Part shown: positions 54,620 through 64,000 of the stretch, piece after piece
Layout of the letters: every line of letters starts with the position of its first letter
How positions within the stretch are numbered: the first letter of the stretch is position 1
NCBI GenBank assembly: GCA_963729625.1
Contig: CAVSOU010000011.1
Location: 704,001 to 768,000 of the forward strand
Length of the DNA stretch: 64,000 bases
Direction of reading: 5' to 3'
Origin: an uncultured bacterium
Lineage (GTDB): Bacteria; Chloroflexota; UBA5177; JANWHV01
Notes under the pieces: generated by a model
What the model was told of the DNA's origin: nothing
Databases searched by the model: none
Seen by the model: the letters and a program-made list of their open reading frames with translations, nothing else
Made by a program: the position numbers and the translations under genes

Positions 54620-55819
54620 TCAGTCACGGGCCGACTCATCCTTTACGTAGGCCTCCAGAGCGTCGATCAGCGTATCGAGATCTTCCTCAGAGGTGAAATA
54701 CGGCGTTGAGATGCGGATCCCGTTGTGTTCGGGCACCAATCGGGTGATGATCTGCCGCTGCCAGAGCGCGGTCTGGAGCAGCTTCGCCTCAACTCCTTCG
54801 ATGGAGAACGACGTGATAGCCGACGAGTTCTCCCAAGCGTCGGGCGTGAGCACGGTCGTGCCCGGCACAGTGCGGAGCCGGACTCGAAGGTACCCTGCCA
54901 GCGCGCGCTCGCGCTGCTCGACCCAATCCCAGCCCAGGCTGTCGATCCAGGCGACGGCATCCGCGAGGACGGACACCACGGCGAGATTCTGGGTGCCGGA
55001 CTCAAACATGTGGCGAGCGTCGCGGTGGCTCAGCATGTCCTCAATTGCATCGCCGCCGGGCTCCTCTATGCCGCCGGCCATGTACGGCGGCGACAGCAGA
55101 GGCCACGTCGAGTCGCGTGCAACCACTATGCCGGACCCTTTGGGACCGCCCAACCACTTATGGCCGTTGCTCACGTAGAAATCACAGCCGATCGCCGGTA
55201 CCGAGACTCGCCACTGGCCAAGTTCTTGCGTGCCGTCGACGAGTGTCAACATAGGACGGTTGCGTCCAACCGCATTGAGCGTGTCGATCATCGCGCAGAT
55301 CGCCGCTGCGGGCAGGCGGATACCGGTCTGCGAGCTGACGTGGCTAAAGGCCACCATGCGGGTGTGTTCTGTGATCTGTGCCTCGACATTGCGTATGGTC
55401 ACCGCGGGATCGGTGTCAACCTCAAACGTTCGCTTTGCAAACAGGCCGCGTCGCGATCCGTATTCCCAGGGAAAAGACAGTGCGGGATGCTCCTGATCAG
55501 AAATGACCACCTCGTCGCCGGGCCGCCAGGCGAGGCTGCCAAAAACATAGTTGATTCCGTCGGTGGCATTGCGGCCGAAGGCAAGCCAGCTCGGCGGCAC
55601 GCCGAGAATTCCGGCCACCGCCGGGCGCGCCTTGGCGTATTGGGGAACATCGCGGTCGTCATAGTGTCGATGGCCGTAGTGCGCCGTGAGCGAGATCAGG
55701 TCCAGGTAGCGATCGAGCACCGGCTGCGGGGTCAGGCCGTGAGTGGCTTCGTTGAGGTAGGTCATCGACTGGAGTCCGGGAAAGGCGCCCCGCACGTCGG
55801 CGATAGGGTTCATCTGCAT
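54620..55819 (-). CDS. Class V PLP-dependent aminotransferase fold enzyme (isopenicillin N epimerase/C-S lyase-like)
   Basis: YLNEATHG, NATDGIN, SDQEHPA, VDGTQ, SNGHKWLGGPKG, FESGT; no desulfurase catalytic Cys loop. Confidence 0.9.
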   Translation of the reverse strand: MQMNPIADVRGAFPGLQSMTYLNEATHGLTPQPVLDRYLDLISLTAHYGHRHYDDRDVPQYAKARPAVAGILGVPPSWLAFGRNATDGINYVFGSLAWRPGDEVVISDQEHPALSFPWEYGSRRGLFAKRTFEVDTDPAVTIRNVEAQITEHTRMVAFSHVSSQTGIRLPAAAICAMIDTLNAVGRNRPMLTLVDGTQELGQWRVSVPAIGCDFYVSNGHKWLGGPKGSGIVVARDSTWPLLSPPYMAGGIEEPGGDAIEDMLSHRDARHMFESGTQNLAVVSVLADAVAWIDSLGWDWVEQRERALAGYLRVRLRTVPGTTVLTPDAWENSSAITSFSIEGVEAKLLQTALWQRQIITRLVPEHNGIRISTPYFTSEEDLDTLIDALEAYVKDESARD

Positions 55820-55970
55820 TGTCGACCTTGCATCCTCGTCTGTGCGGCGGATCAATATCATGTCACATTCATGTATGTGCAACTCAGCACGACCGGCGCG
55901 AAATGTGGGTCGCACACTGCGACCCACATGTATGCTTCGGGATCGTTACCCATACACGACGCAGGATACT

Positions 55971-56175
55971 CTATTTCTTGACGTACGCGTTCAGCATCCA
56001 GTCGTCTGCCTGCTGCGGACACGTGAATGGATTGGCGAACGTGGGGTTCCACAGGTTGCTGTACACCGGGACGAACAAGAACGAGGCGCACCTGCGCGGC
56101 CATGATCTTCTGAGCCTTCTCGTAGAGCGCCGATCGGGTCGCCGCATCGAAAGAGTGATCCGCCGCAGCTACGGT
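55971..56175 (-). pseudogene. C-terminal remnant of a family 5 (peptide) solute-binding protein
   Basis: AAADHSFDAATRSALYEKAQKIMAAQ then shifted FLFVPVYSNLWNP...NAYVKK*; resembles the end of OppA-type proteins. Confidence 0.55.
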
Positions 56176-56265
56176 ACGGCACGGGCTATCGCCCTCGCCC
56201 TTGCCGATCCCGCACGTCCCACTCAGGTATAAGCGCTGGAGATATGGAGAACCTCAGAACCGCTC

Positions 56266-56294
56266 TTGACAAGGTACGGAGGGGTGCGTACTGT
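56266..56294 (+). promoter_or_regulatory. Sigma70-type promoter TTGACA-17-TACTGT of the peptide ABC operon
   Basis: Perfect -35 with 17-bp spacer, about 300 bp before the SBP start. Confidence 0.6.
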
Positions 56295-56595
56295 AGTGAT
56301 ATTCTCGCGTGCACCGAGCCACCACCCCGGAGCGAGAGGCATGGATGCTTTCCCGCCCGAGCCCTTGCAACTCGTGGAGAGCTAGGGTGTCCATAGGCCG
56401 CGAAGCAGGGTCTGCAACGCTCCAGCGAACACGGTGTAGCAGGACTCGACGGGCGCGACCTGCAGTGCATAGCGCTCGGAAAGGAGGGTCATCGACGCAC
56501 GGTCCTTTCAGCACGCGACACGTCAGCAGATCAGCCACCATCCTCCAGGGTACGTCGTTTTTGGTTTTTTGCTTTGCCGAGTTAGGGGATAGCGG

Positions 56596-58440
56596 ATGAA
56601 TAATAGCAAGGGTGATTCAAATTCCTACCTGCCTGACCTGAGCCGGCGTGGGTTCTTGGCCGCCGGTGCTGCCGGTGCGACAAGCCTGTACCTCGCCAAG
56701 AGTGCGCGCGCCGAAAGCATGCTGCGTGGGGCGGGCGCCATGTCGGGAGCGGTAAAATCGACCACTGGCGCGATCCTGCCGGCAAACGCCGCGCCCAAGT
56801 CCCAGCAGTTCCTGGTCGACTACCGCAACCCCGTGGGGGCCACATTCAAGTGCCTCGACTTCTATGAGAGTGTCTACGCACGCGCTCCCCTGGCCGACAA
56901 CTTCTCGACCCCCCTGGTGCGCATCAACAACGCCTACCAGATCGTCCCGGGCGTCGCGCGCAGCTGGAAACAAACGTCGCCGACGACCTGGGAGTTCTAC
57001 ATCACGCCGGGGATCATGTGGACCGACGGCAACGAGCTCACCGCCACCGACTTCGTGGAGACGTTCCGCTACTCCGCCGATCCCAAGCACGCCTGGGACT
57101 TCACCTGGTACTGGACGGCCATTGGGCTCAAGAACTATGCCAGCGCGGTGGCGGGGAAGGCGCCCCTCAACTCGATCGGAGTGGCCCAGGGCAAGGACAA
57201 GTACACCTTCGTGGTCACCACGGAGGCGCCTGTGGCTTTCATACCGTACGCCATGCTCTACTCGATGCCGCTCTCGGCGGCGGGTCTGGCCAAGTACGGG
57301 AACGGGCTGTACAACGTCAATCCGGCGACTGCCATCTCCATGGGTCCCTACATCCTCAAGTCGTTCAACCCGACGACGGAGGTCGTTCTCGGGCCGAACA
57401 CGAAGTACAACGCCGGGTTCGGCTCGCCCATCGAGTGGCAGATTGGCAAGATCTCCACGTCACCCTACCTGCCGCTCCTGGCGACCGGCGCGGTCGACGA
57501 GAACTCGGACATAGCGATGTCCAAGGCCGACATCCAGATCGCCAGGGCCACCCCGAAGGTCAGCTCGCTCACGCCGTACCTGAACCCGATCGACTTCCGC
57601 GTCTACTATGTGTTCTTCAAGACGAAGGCCAAGCCGTTCGACAACCTGAAGGTGCGCCAGGCCTTTGCCCACGCCGCCGACCGGGACTCCATTATCAGCG
57701 CCCTGCTGGCGCCGCTGGCCAGACCCGCGTACGGCTACCTCATGCCGGGCTTCCCCTTCGCGGTCGGCGATCCGCTGAAGAAGTACACTAATTACAGCAC
57801 CACGCTGGCTCAGAGCCTCCTGTCCCAGGCCGGCTACCCGAACGGGAAGGGCTTCCCGGAGGTGACGTTCAGCTATCCGGCCGCCGTCGGCGCGATCGGC
57901 CCCACCACGACTGGCCTGGTCGTGCAGGCCCTGGCGGCGAACTGGAATCAGGTGCTCTTCGGCGGGTCCAGCACGATCCTGCTGCAGGAGCTTGATGTCG
58001 CCACGTTCTACAAGCAGATGGAGGCCCAGCCCGAAACGCAGATCGAGATGGGCTTCATCTCCTACGGCATGGACTACTTCGACGCCTCGAACATGCTGAG
58101 CGTCTACCAGTCCGGCGGGCGGCACGACTGGAACAACAAGCAGTACGACCACCTGCTCGCGGAGGGTGCGGCTGTCGCCGACCACAACAAGCGCCAGGAG
58201 ATATACACTGAGGCCCAGGTCCTCCAAACCTCGCAGGCCCCGGCGGTGTTCCTCTTCTTCGGCCTGGGCGGCTACCTCATGTGGCCGTACGTCCAGGGGC
58301 CGACGCTGGCGAAGAACTACCTCGGGTACAACGGCATCCAGTGGCCGGGCTTCTACCCGCACTCCACCAATCAGCAGGGGCTCTACATCGCGAACAACGT
58401 CGGCCAGTTCCCGCGCCAGAGCGAGAGCGGAATGTCGTAG
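56596..58440 (+). CDS. oppA: ABC transporter family 5 substrate-binding protein, Tat signal
   Basis: LSRRGFLAAG; PGVARSW, WTDGNELTATDF, GPYILK, PFDNLKVRQAF. Confidence 0.92.
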   Translation: MNNSKGDSNSYLPDLSRRGFLAAGAAGATSLYLAKSARAESMLRGAGAMSGAVKSTTGAILPANAAPKSQQFLVDYRNPVGATFKCLDFYESVYARAPLADNFSTPLVRINNAYQIVPGVARSWKQTSPTTWEFYITPGIMWTDGNELTATDFVETFRYSADPKHAWDFTWYWTAIGLKNYASAVAGKAPLNSIGVAQGKDKYTFVVTTEAPVAFIPYAMLYSMPLSAAGLAKYGNGLYNVNPATAISMGPYILKSFNPTTEVVLGPNTKYNAGFGSPIEWQIGKISTSPYLPLLATGAVDENSDIAMSKADIQIARATPKVSSLTPYLNPIDFRVYYVFFKTKAKPFDNLKVRQAFAHAADRDSIISALLAPLARPAYGYLMPGFPFAVGDPLKKYTNYSTTLAQSLLSQAGYPNGKGFPEVTFSYPAAVGAIGPTTTGLVVQALAANWNQVLFGGSSTILLQELDVATFYKQMEAQPETQIEMGFISYGMDYFDASNMLSVYQSGGRHDWNNKQYDHLLAEGAAVADHNKRQEIYTEAQVLQTSQAPAVFLFFGLGGYLMWPYVQGPTLAKNYLGYNGIQWPGFYPHSTNQQGLYIANNVGQFPRQSESGMS

Positions 58441-58461
58441 TAAGCTAACTGCATAGGATGT

Positions 58462-58499
58462 GATGGGCGCTGCCGGGAGTGTTCCCGGCAGCGCCCGTC
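58462..58499 (+). terminator. Intercistronic stem-loop after the SBP gene
   Basis: gatgggcgctgccggga-gtgt-tcccggcagcgcccgtc. Confidence 0.65.
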
Positions 58500-58605
58500 G
58501 GCGCCACAGCGTGAGGTGCTCGGCGCCTGCCCTGTGCCGGGAGCGAGCCGACGGCGACGGCTAGCTTGAGGCGTACCTCGAACCCGACACGAAGGGAGCA
58601 AACCG

Positions 58606-59542
58606 GTGGTTGCCTATCTCGTCCAGCGGCTCCTGTCGCTGCTCTTTACGTTGTTCCTGGCCACGATCGCCATCTTCGCCATGATGCATGCCGTCCCCGG
58701 CGGCCCCTTCACCTTCACCCAGGGGGTCATGACGCCCCGAGGCCATGCACAACATCATGGTGCGGTACGGCCTGGCCGACCCAGTCTGGAAGCAGTACCT
58801 CAACTGGGTCTGGCAGCTCCTGCACGGCTATCTCGGCATCCCCTTCGAGGAGCCGACCATGACGGTGAACCAGCTCATCGCCTCGGCCTGGCCGATCACG
58901 CTGGTCGTGGGAGGCCTCACCATCGCCGTCTCCTATACCCTCGGGCTGCTGCTCGGCTGCATCGCCGCCATCAAGCACAACACCTGGATTGACTTCCTGA
59001 TCACTGCCGTCGTCTCGACCATCGGCGTGGCATTGCCGAACTACGTCATCGGTTTCCTGATGATCGAGGTCTTTGCCGTGCGGCTTGGCTGGCTGCCCGT
59101 CGGCGGGTGGGGCACGGCGCAGGACGTGATCATGCCCGTGATAGCCTTCTCGCTCTACCCAATGGCCCTCATGGAGCGCTACACCCGGGCCAGCACGCTC
59201 GAGGTCACCTACGCCGACTACGTGCGTATGGGCCGGGCGCGGGGGTTGTCGGAGCGGCACATCCTGTGGAAGTACATCCTGCGCACGTCGCTGATCCCCC
59301 TGATCACGATCATGGGACCCTGGATTCCCAACATCCTCACCGGCTCCATCTTCATCGAGGCGACCTTCGCCCTGCCCGGCCTCGGCGCCTACTTCACCAC
59401 CGCCAGCCTGCGCCGTGACTATCCCTTGATCATGGCGCTGGTGCTGATCGTGGCAGTGTTGTGGGGCGTCTGCTACATCCTCTCGGACATCGCCTACGTC
59501 ATCGTCGACCCGCGGGTGCGCCTCGAGGGGATGTCGCGATGA
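58606..59542 (+). CDS. oppB: Peptide ABC permease, +1 frameshift in a C-run at ~58735
   Basis: AYLVQRLL...VPGGPF in one frame, QYLNWV...ADYVRMGRARGL...DPRVR in the next; removing one C from acgccccgag restores the frame. Confidence 0.9.
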
Positions 59543-60426
59543 GCAGCGTACCGGTTGCCGGCGTGGCGCCGGCCAGGCGCCGGGCGAACGCCAGCTTCTG
59601 GCACGCCGCCTGGTATCGCTACCGCCGCAACCGTTTGGCCCTGGTCGCCGGTGTGATCGCCGTCCTTATCCTCCTGGTGGGGATCCTGGCCCCCTATATC
59701 GCCCCCTATGACGAGGCCTCAATCGACTTGACGGCTGTGATGGGGGGTGCCAGCTGGCATCACTGGCTCGGCACGGATCAGATCGGCCGGGACACGCTGA
59801 CCAGGGCCATCTGGGGTGACCGGACGTCGATGACCGTGGCCATCGGGGCACCATTGATCGGCCTCGCCATCGGGCTGCCTATCGGCATTATCGCCGGCTG
59901 GTTTGGCGGCATATTCGACTGGCTGACACTACGGCTCTTCGAGTTGTTCCAGATGGTCCCGACGATCCTCGCCGCGTTGCTGTTCATCACCGTGTTCGGG
60001 GTCGATGTGGGGAAGCTGGCCCTCTTCATCGGCGTTACCCTCTGGGTCGGCTTCGCCCGCCTGGCACGGGCGCAGTATCTGGCCCTTCGGGAGCGGGACT
60101 TCGTGCAGGCGGCGCAAGCCATGGGGGTGCCTTCCTGGCGCATCATCATCATGCACATCCTGCCCAATGCGTCAGGGCCGATCATCGTATTCTTCGTCCA
60201 GCAGATCCCCTACGTGATCTTCACTGCTGCCGGGTTCAGTTTTCTGGGCCTCGGCATCGAGGACCCACTGGCCGACTGGGGCAAGATGATCAACGACAGC
60301 GTGTCCTACCTCCCGATTGACGCGCTCCTCGTGCTTGTCCCCATCGGTTGCATCGGACTCGCCTGCCTCTCTTTCAGCTTCCTGGGCGACGGCCTGCGCG
60401 ACGCGCTGGACCCGACGTCGCGGTAA
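59539..60426 (+). CDS. oppC: Peptide ABC permease
   Basis: ATGA overlap; HWLGTDQIGRD, ERDFVQAAQAMG, GDGLRDALDP. Confidence 0.94.
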   Translation: MSSVPVAGVAPARRRANASFWHAAWYRYRRNRLALVAGVIAVLILLVGILAPYIAPYDEASIDLTAVMGGASWHHWLGTDQIGRDTLTRAIWGDRTSMTVAIGAPLIGLAIGLPIGIIAGWFGGIFDWLTLRLFELFQMVPTILAALLFITVFGVDVGKLALFIGVTLWVGFARLARAQYLALRERDFVQAAQAMGVPSWRIIIMHILPNASGPIIVFFVQQIPYVIFTAAGFSFLGLGIEDPLADWGKMINDSVSYLPIDALLVLVPIGCIGLACLSFSFLGDGLRDALDPTSR

Positions 60427-60449
60427 TTGCAGTAACCTCCGAGGAGCTC

Positions 60450-61502
60450 ATGACCGTGACAAAGGCACTGGCGCCCCTCCCCAGCCAAGCGCAGGTCCCC
60501 GGCGGGACACCTGAGACCGCCTTGCTGGAGGTCCGGGACCTCAGCGTCTCGTTCCGTCTGGAGCGCAGCACGATCTACGCCGTGCAAGGGTTGAGCCTCG
60601 ACGTGCGGGCCGGAGAGCGTGTTGGGCTTGTCGGTGAAAGCGGGTCGGGGAAGACCGTCTCCGCACTGTCAGTGATGCGGATGGTGCCGTCGCCGGGGAA
60701 GATCTCCGGCGGCCAGATCATCTTCGAGGGCCAGAACCTGCTCCGGCTCTCGCCGGCGGCTATGCGGGACGTCCGCGGGGGCCAGATCGGCATGATCCCG
60801 CAGAACCCCCTTAGCTCGCTCAACCCGGTCATCACAATCGAGTCACACTTCCTGGAGGTGCTGTCGCTGCACCTCGGGCTGGGCAAGAAACAAGCCAGCG
60901 AGCGGGCCGTCGACGTGCTGCGGTCGGTGGGTATCCCGGACCCAGCGACGCGCATCCATGAGTACCCGCACCGCCTGAGCGGCGGCCAACGCCAGCGGGT
61001 GATGATCGCCCTGGCCATGGCTTGCCAACCCAGGCTGCTGATCGCCGACGAGCCGACGACCGCCCTCGACGTCACGATTCAGGCCCAGATCCTGGAGCTA
61101 CTTGATGACCTTGTAGATCGCTCGAACCTCGGGGCCATCCTGATCACCCACAATCTCGGCATCGTCGCCGGCCACTGTGACCGGGTCGTGGTGATGTACG
61201 CCGGACGCGTGATGGAGACCGCCGGCGTGTTCGACCTTTTCGACCGGCCGTCCCATCCCTACACCGTCGGCCTGCTCAAGTGTGTGCCACGGCTGACTGC
61301 CAAGCGGTCGCGGGTATTCGAGTCCATCCCCGGCCTTCCCCCTGAGGTGACTCAGCTCCGCGCTGGATGCCCCTTCGCCCCCCGCTGTGAGCGCGCCACC
61401 GACCAGTGCCGCATAGAGACGCCGCCGCTTCACGAGATCGCTCCTGCTCACGCGGTGGCGTGCTGGGACCCGGTCAAGAGCGCTCCGGGGATGACCTCGT
61501 GA
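60450..61502 (+). CDS. oppD: Peptide ABC ATPase
   Basis: GESGSGKT, LSGGQRQR, ADEPTTALD, HPYT, GCPFAPRC. Confidence 0.95.
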   Translation: MTVTKALAPLPSQAQVPGGTPETALLEVRDLSVSFRLERSTIYAVQGLSLDVRAGERVGLVGESGSGKTVSALSVMRMVPSPGKISGGQIIFEGQNLLRLSPAAMRDVRGGQIGMIPQNPLSSLNPVITIESHFLEVLSLHLGLGKKQASERAVDVLRSVGIPDPATRIHEYPHRLSGGQRQRVMIALAMACQPRLLIADEPTTALDVTIQAQILELLDDLVDRSNLGAILITHNLGIVAGHCDRVVVMYAGRVMETAGVFDLFDRPSHPYTVGLLKCVPRLTAKRSRVFESIPGLPPEVTQLRAGCPFAPRCERATDQCRIETPPLHEIAPAHAVACWDPVKSAPGMTS

Positions 61503-62584
61503 GAACCGACACCATCCGAACGACCGAGGCCCCGACGGAGGCGGCTGGGGCTCCGCTGCTCCAGGTAGAGGGGCTCGTGGTGCACTACCACATTCGCGGC
61601 CCAGGCAAGATCTTCCGCAGCCGCGAAACAGTCCACGCTGTCGACGGCGTCAGCTTCGTGCTCGAAAATCACAAGACCCTCGGCCTCGTCGGAGAAAGCG
61701 GGTGCGGCAAGTCGACCACCGGGCGGGCGGTGCTCCATCTCAACCGGCCGACTGCTGGTAAGGTCCGTTTTGAGGGACGTGACCTGTCGCGGCTCGACCA
61801 CCGCTCGCTGACCGACCTGCGGCGGAAGATGCAGATCGTCTTCCAGGACCCGGTCGGCGCGCTGAACCCGCGGCATACCGTGGGCCAGCTCATCGGCGAG
61901 CCGCTCACAGTCCACAACATCATGCCGCGCAACAAGCGCCGCCGGCGGGTGGAGGAGCTGCTTGAGTTGGTGGGTCTCCCGACTGATGCCGTTTCGCGTT
62001 TTCCCCACGAGTTCAGCGGCGGGCAGTGCCAACGGATCGGGATCGCCCGGGCGCTGGCCGGAGAGCCGAGCCTGATCGTGCTGGACGAGCCGGTCTCCGC
62101 TCTTGACGTGTCGATCCAGGCCCAGATCCTCCAGCTGTTGACCGACCTTCAGACCCGCTTTGGCCTCTCCTACCTGTTCATTGCCCACGACCTCGCCGTC
62201 GTAGGCGCGATGAGCGACCGCGTGGCCATCATGTACCTGGGCAAGATCGCCGAAATCGCCGATCGCGACGCGCTCTACACCCGCCCCCACCACCCGTACA
62301 CTCAGGCTCTTTTCTCGGCTGTCCCCATCCCTGACCCGGCACTCAGCCGCGGCAAGCGTCGGACGGTGGTCTCTGGGGAAGTACCGAGCTCACTGGCGCC
62401 GCCTCCGGGGTGCCGGTTCCACACTCGCTGCCCGCTCGCCCAAGAAGTCTGCCGCACACAAGAGCCGCTCCTCCGGCGAGTCGCTGAGGGCCACGAAGTG
62501 GCTTGCCACTTCGCCGAAGAGGCGGCCCGCAACAACCCGTTCGGGCCTTCCGTGGAGGTGGGTCCCATCGTCGCGCAACCTTAG
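61499..62584 (+). CDS. oppF: Peptide ABC ATPase
   Basis: GTGA overlap; GESGCGKST, FSGGQCQR, LDEPVSALD, GCRFHTRC. Confidence 0.95.
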   Translation: MRTDTIRTTEAPTEAAGAPLLQVEGLVVHYHIRGPGKIFRSRETVHAVDGVSFVLENHKTLGLVGESGCGKSTTGRAVLHLNRPTAGKVRFEGRDLSRLDHRSLTDLRRKMQIVFQDPVGALNPRHTVGQLIGEPLTVHNIMPRNKRRRRVEELLELVGLPTDAVSRFPHEFSGGQCQRIGIARALAGEPSLIVLDEPVSALDVSIQAQILQLLTDLQTRFGLSYLFIAHDLAVVGAMSDRVAIMYLGKIAEIADRDALYTRPHHPYTQALFSAVPIPDPALSRGKRRTVVSGEVPSSLAPPPGCRFHTRCPLAQEVCRTQEPLLRRVAEGHEVACHFAEEAARNNPFGPSVEVGPIVAQP

Positions 62585-62594
62585 CGCACACGGC

Positions 62595-63773
62595 TCAGTA
62601 CTGGTAGACGCCAGCCTCCTTGACCGCCCGATACATCGCGGCCAAGTTTTCGGGTGGGGTCATGGGCGGGAGATTGTTCGCTTCTTTCAAGATGAACCTA
62701 CCGCCGCGCATGATGCCGCTTTGCAAAATGGCGACGCTCTGCGCGTAGACCTGGTCCGGTGTATCGGAGAGCAGGTTGGCCACCTGCACGCCACCCTGGA
62801 TCTCCACATCTTCGCCCACTTCGTCGCGCAGCGTCGCGAAGTTGATCGGATAGCCGGTGTCAAACGACTTGATATTCAGCTCCCTGACCAAAGTGCGGAA
62901 ATGCCGCTGCACGTGGCCGCAAAGGTGGATGCTGTGCGGCCCACCCTGAGCCAGGGCGGTGAAGAACCTGCGATGGTAAGGGAGCACCTTCTCTCGATAG
63001 GTGCCCACGGAAATGTGCTGGATGGCATCGTCGGCAAACGCGAGCAACTGTGGCCGAGGGTCCAGACCCAGATAGGCGCGCCAGGCTTTGATCCGCTCAA
63101 TCGTGGCAGTGGTGACCAAATCCATCACCCGGTGATAGTAGTCTTCATTCACCAGCATATCGGCTAGTAGCTCAGGACCACAGATGCCGACGGCTGCCGT
63201 CAGCGGTCCTTGCGGGCAGACGGGATTGGCTGGATAGACCGCGACAGGCCGGCCGCAGAACTCGTAGTTGCGCGCCTTGTCCACGAAGTACTCATGAAAC
63301 TCGCGGTGCTTGCCCATGAAACCCTCGAACGGCCCGGGGATGCTGCGGTCGAAGAGTGCCTCCTTGTGTTTGCCAGTATAGCGGGGCGTGGTAGAGGGGA
63401 GCTGGTCGTCCGGGAACTGCACAGGGCAGCCAAACCAGGCCTCTTCCGCCACGTTGCTGAACCATACGTAGATCCCCCACTCCTTTTCGGGGATACCCAT
63501 CTCGATGTCGTGGACCACGTTGTGCACGACGTAGTGGGACCAGGCCAGCATCGAGTTGAACATCAGCTCGGGATCGTCGAAAAATGCCCTCCATGTGATA
63601 CCGGTCGAATTCAGGCGAGGATCCTGCATCCAGATGCGTGGCTCCAGCGTGAAGCGTCCAAACGGGACACGGATTGGCCGGCCGGCATTATAGGTCTCCC
63701 AGACCAGCCGGACCTCCGCGTTATGACGCGCGAAATCGATGGGGCATGCACTGTTCATGAAATTGACCTCCAC
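62595..63773 (-). CDS. Uroporphyrinogen decarboxylase / MtaA-CmuA superfamily protein
   Basis: GPLTAA, FADDA, SIHLCGH, IQGGV, GGRFIL...TPPENLAAMY. Confidence 0.85.
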   Translation of the reverse strand: MEVNFMNSACPIDFARHNAEVRLVWETYNAGRPIRVPFGRFTLEPRIWMQDPRLNSTGITWRAFFDDPELMFNSMLAWSHYVVHNVVHDIEMGIPEKEWGIYVWFSNVAEEAWFGCPVQFPDDQLPSTTPRYTGKHKEALFDRSIPGPFEGFMGKHREFHEYFVDKARNYEFCGRPVAVYPANPVCPQGPLTAAVGICGPELLADMLVNEDYYHRVMDLVTTATIERIKAWRAYLGLDPRPQLLAFADDAIQHISVGTYREKVLPYHRRFFTALAQGGPHSIHLCGHVQRHFRTLVRELNIKSFDTGYPINFATLRDEVGEDVEIQGGVQVANLLSDTPDQVYAQSVAILQSGIMRGGRFILKEANNLPPMTPPENLAAMYRAVKEAGVYQY

Positions 63774-64000
63774 GATCGAGGGCAGAGGCGACTCTCTCCC
63801 GCTGTTTCATGCTTCTTTCACATCCTGCACATGCCTAGCGCCCTGATGTCCGCCCCTTGCTCGCTAGGAGCGAGCACGGCGCGAACCTAGCCAAGGGAGC
63901 GGCGCCGGCGCGGCGGATGCGGCGTCCGCGCTCGATCCGTGGGCAGCGCCGTCGCCATCGCCTGCCGCCACCCGTGGTTGTTTGCCCAGCACAGCTGCGC

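Noticed and set aside
54620-55819. Cysteine desulfurase (SufS/IscS) call
   Set aside because: Lacks the catalytic Cys loop (RxGxHCA or SSGSAC) and has no Fe-S cluster genes nearby.
58730-58745. Programmed frameshift or phase variation in oppB
   Set aside because: A single extra C in a 4-C run within an otherwise intact operon, with similar indels elsewhere (CDF start, NLR gene); sequencing error is more likely.

Overview
GC-rich bacterial chromosomal window, probably Chloroflexota or a related soil Terrabacterium (inferred from GroEL style, CIRCE elements and STAND/WD40 content). There is no rRNA, tRNA or CRISPR array. (1) 0.7-12.6 kb: a decaying extracytoplasmic redox/metal island with a DoxX/TQO-Rieske fusion, a Tat-Rieske, a sulfocyanin-like cupredoxin with His instead of the axial Met, CopC, a CDF exporter, a histidine kinase with truncated regulator, an internally deleted ferric reductase and an FMN-binding protein. 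Five promoters share a TCAT-N7-TCAT-N10-(-10) motif. Two inverted HigA-like antitoxin cassettes and a group II intron maturase remnant lie in or beside it. (2) 12.6-26 kb: beta-propeller, Ser/Thr dehydratase with an aquaporin, GGDEF-STAND-TPR, a second canonical sulfocyanin, MOSC, EamA, DUF47 and a flippase-like gene. (3) 26-34 kb: heat-shock block (hsp20, ftsH, groESL, two CIRCE). (4) 34-44 kb: fur-katG and a Ni/Co ECF transporter with a second Fur. (5) 44-54.5 kb: Ser/Thr kinase-RDD plus a membrane-spanning HTH-TIR-STAND-WD40 NLR-like gene, divergent from a tandem array of diversified secreted 4-Cys proteins whose spacers carry copies of the TIR region. (6) 54.6-64 kb: class V aminotransferase, opp/dpp ABC operon and a URO-D family gene. 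Several single-base frameshifts and one blended-looking repeat suggest uncorrected long-read errors, so pseudogene calls need read-level checks. All family assignments come from motif recognition by eye; no database search was run.
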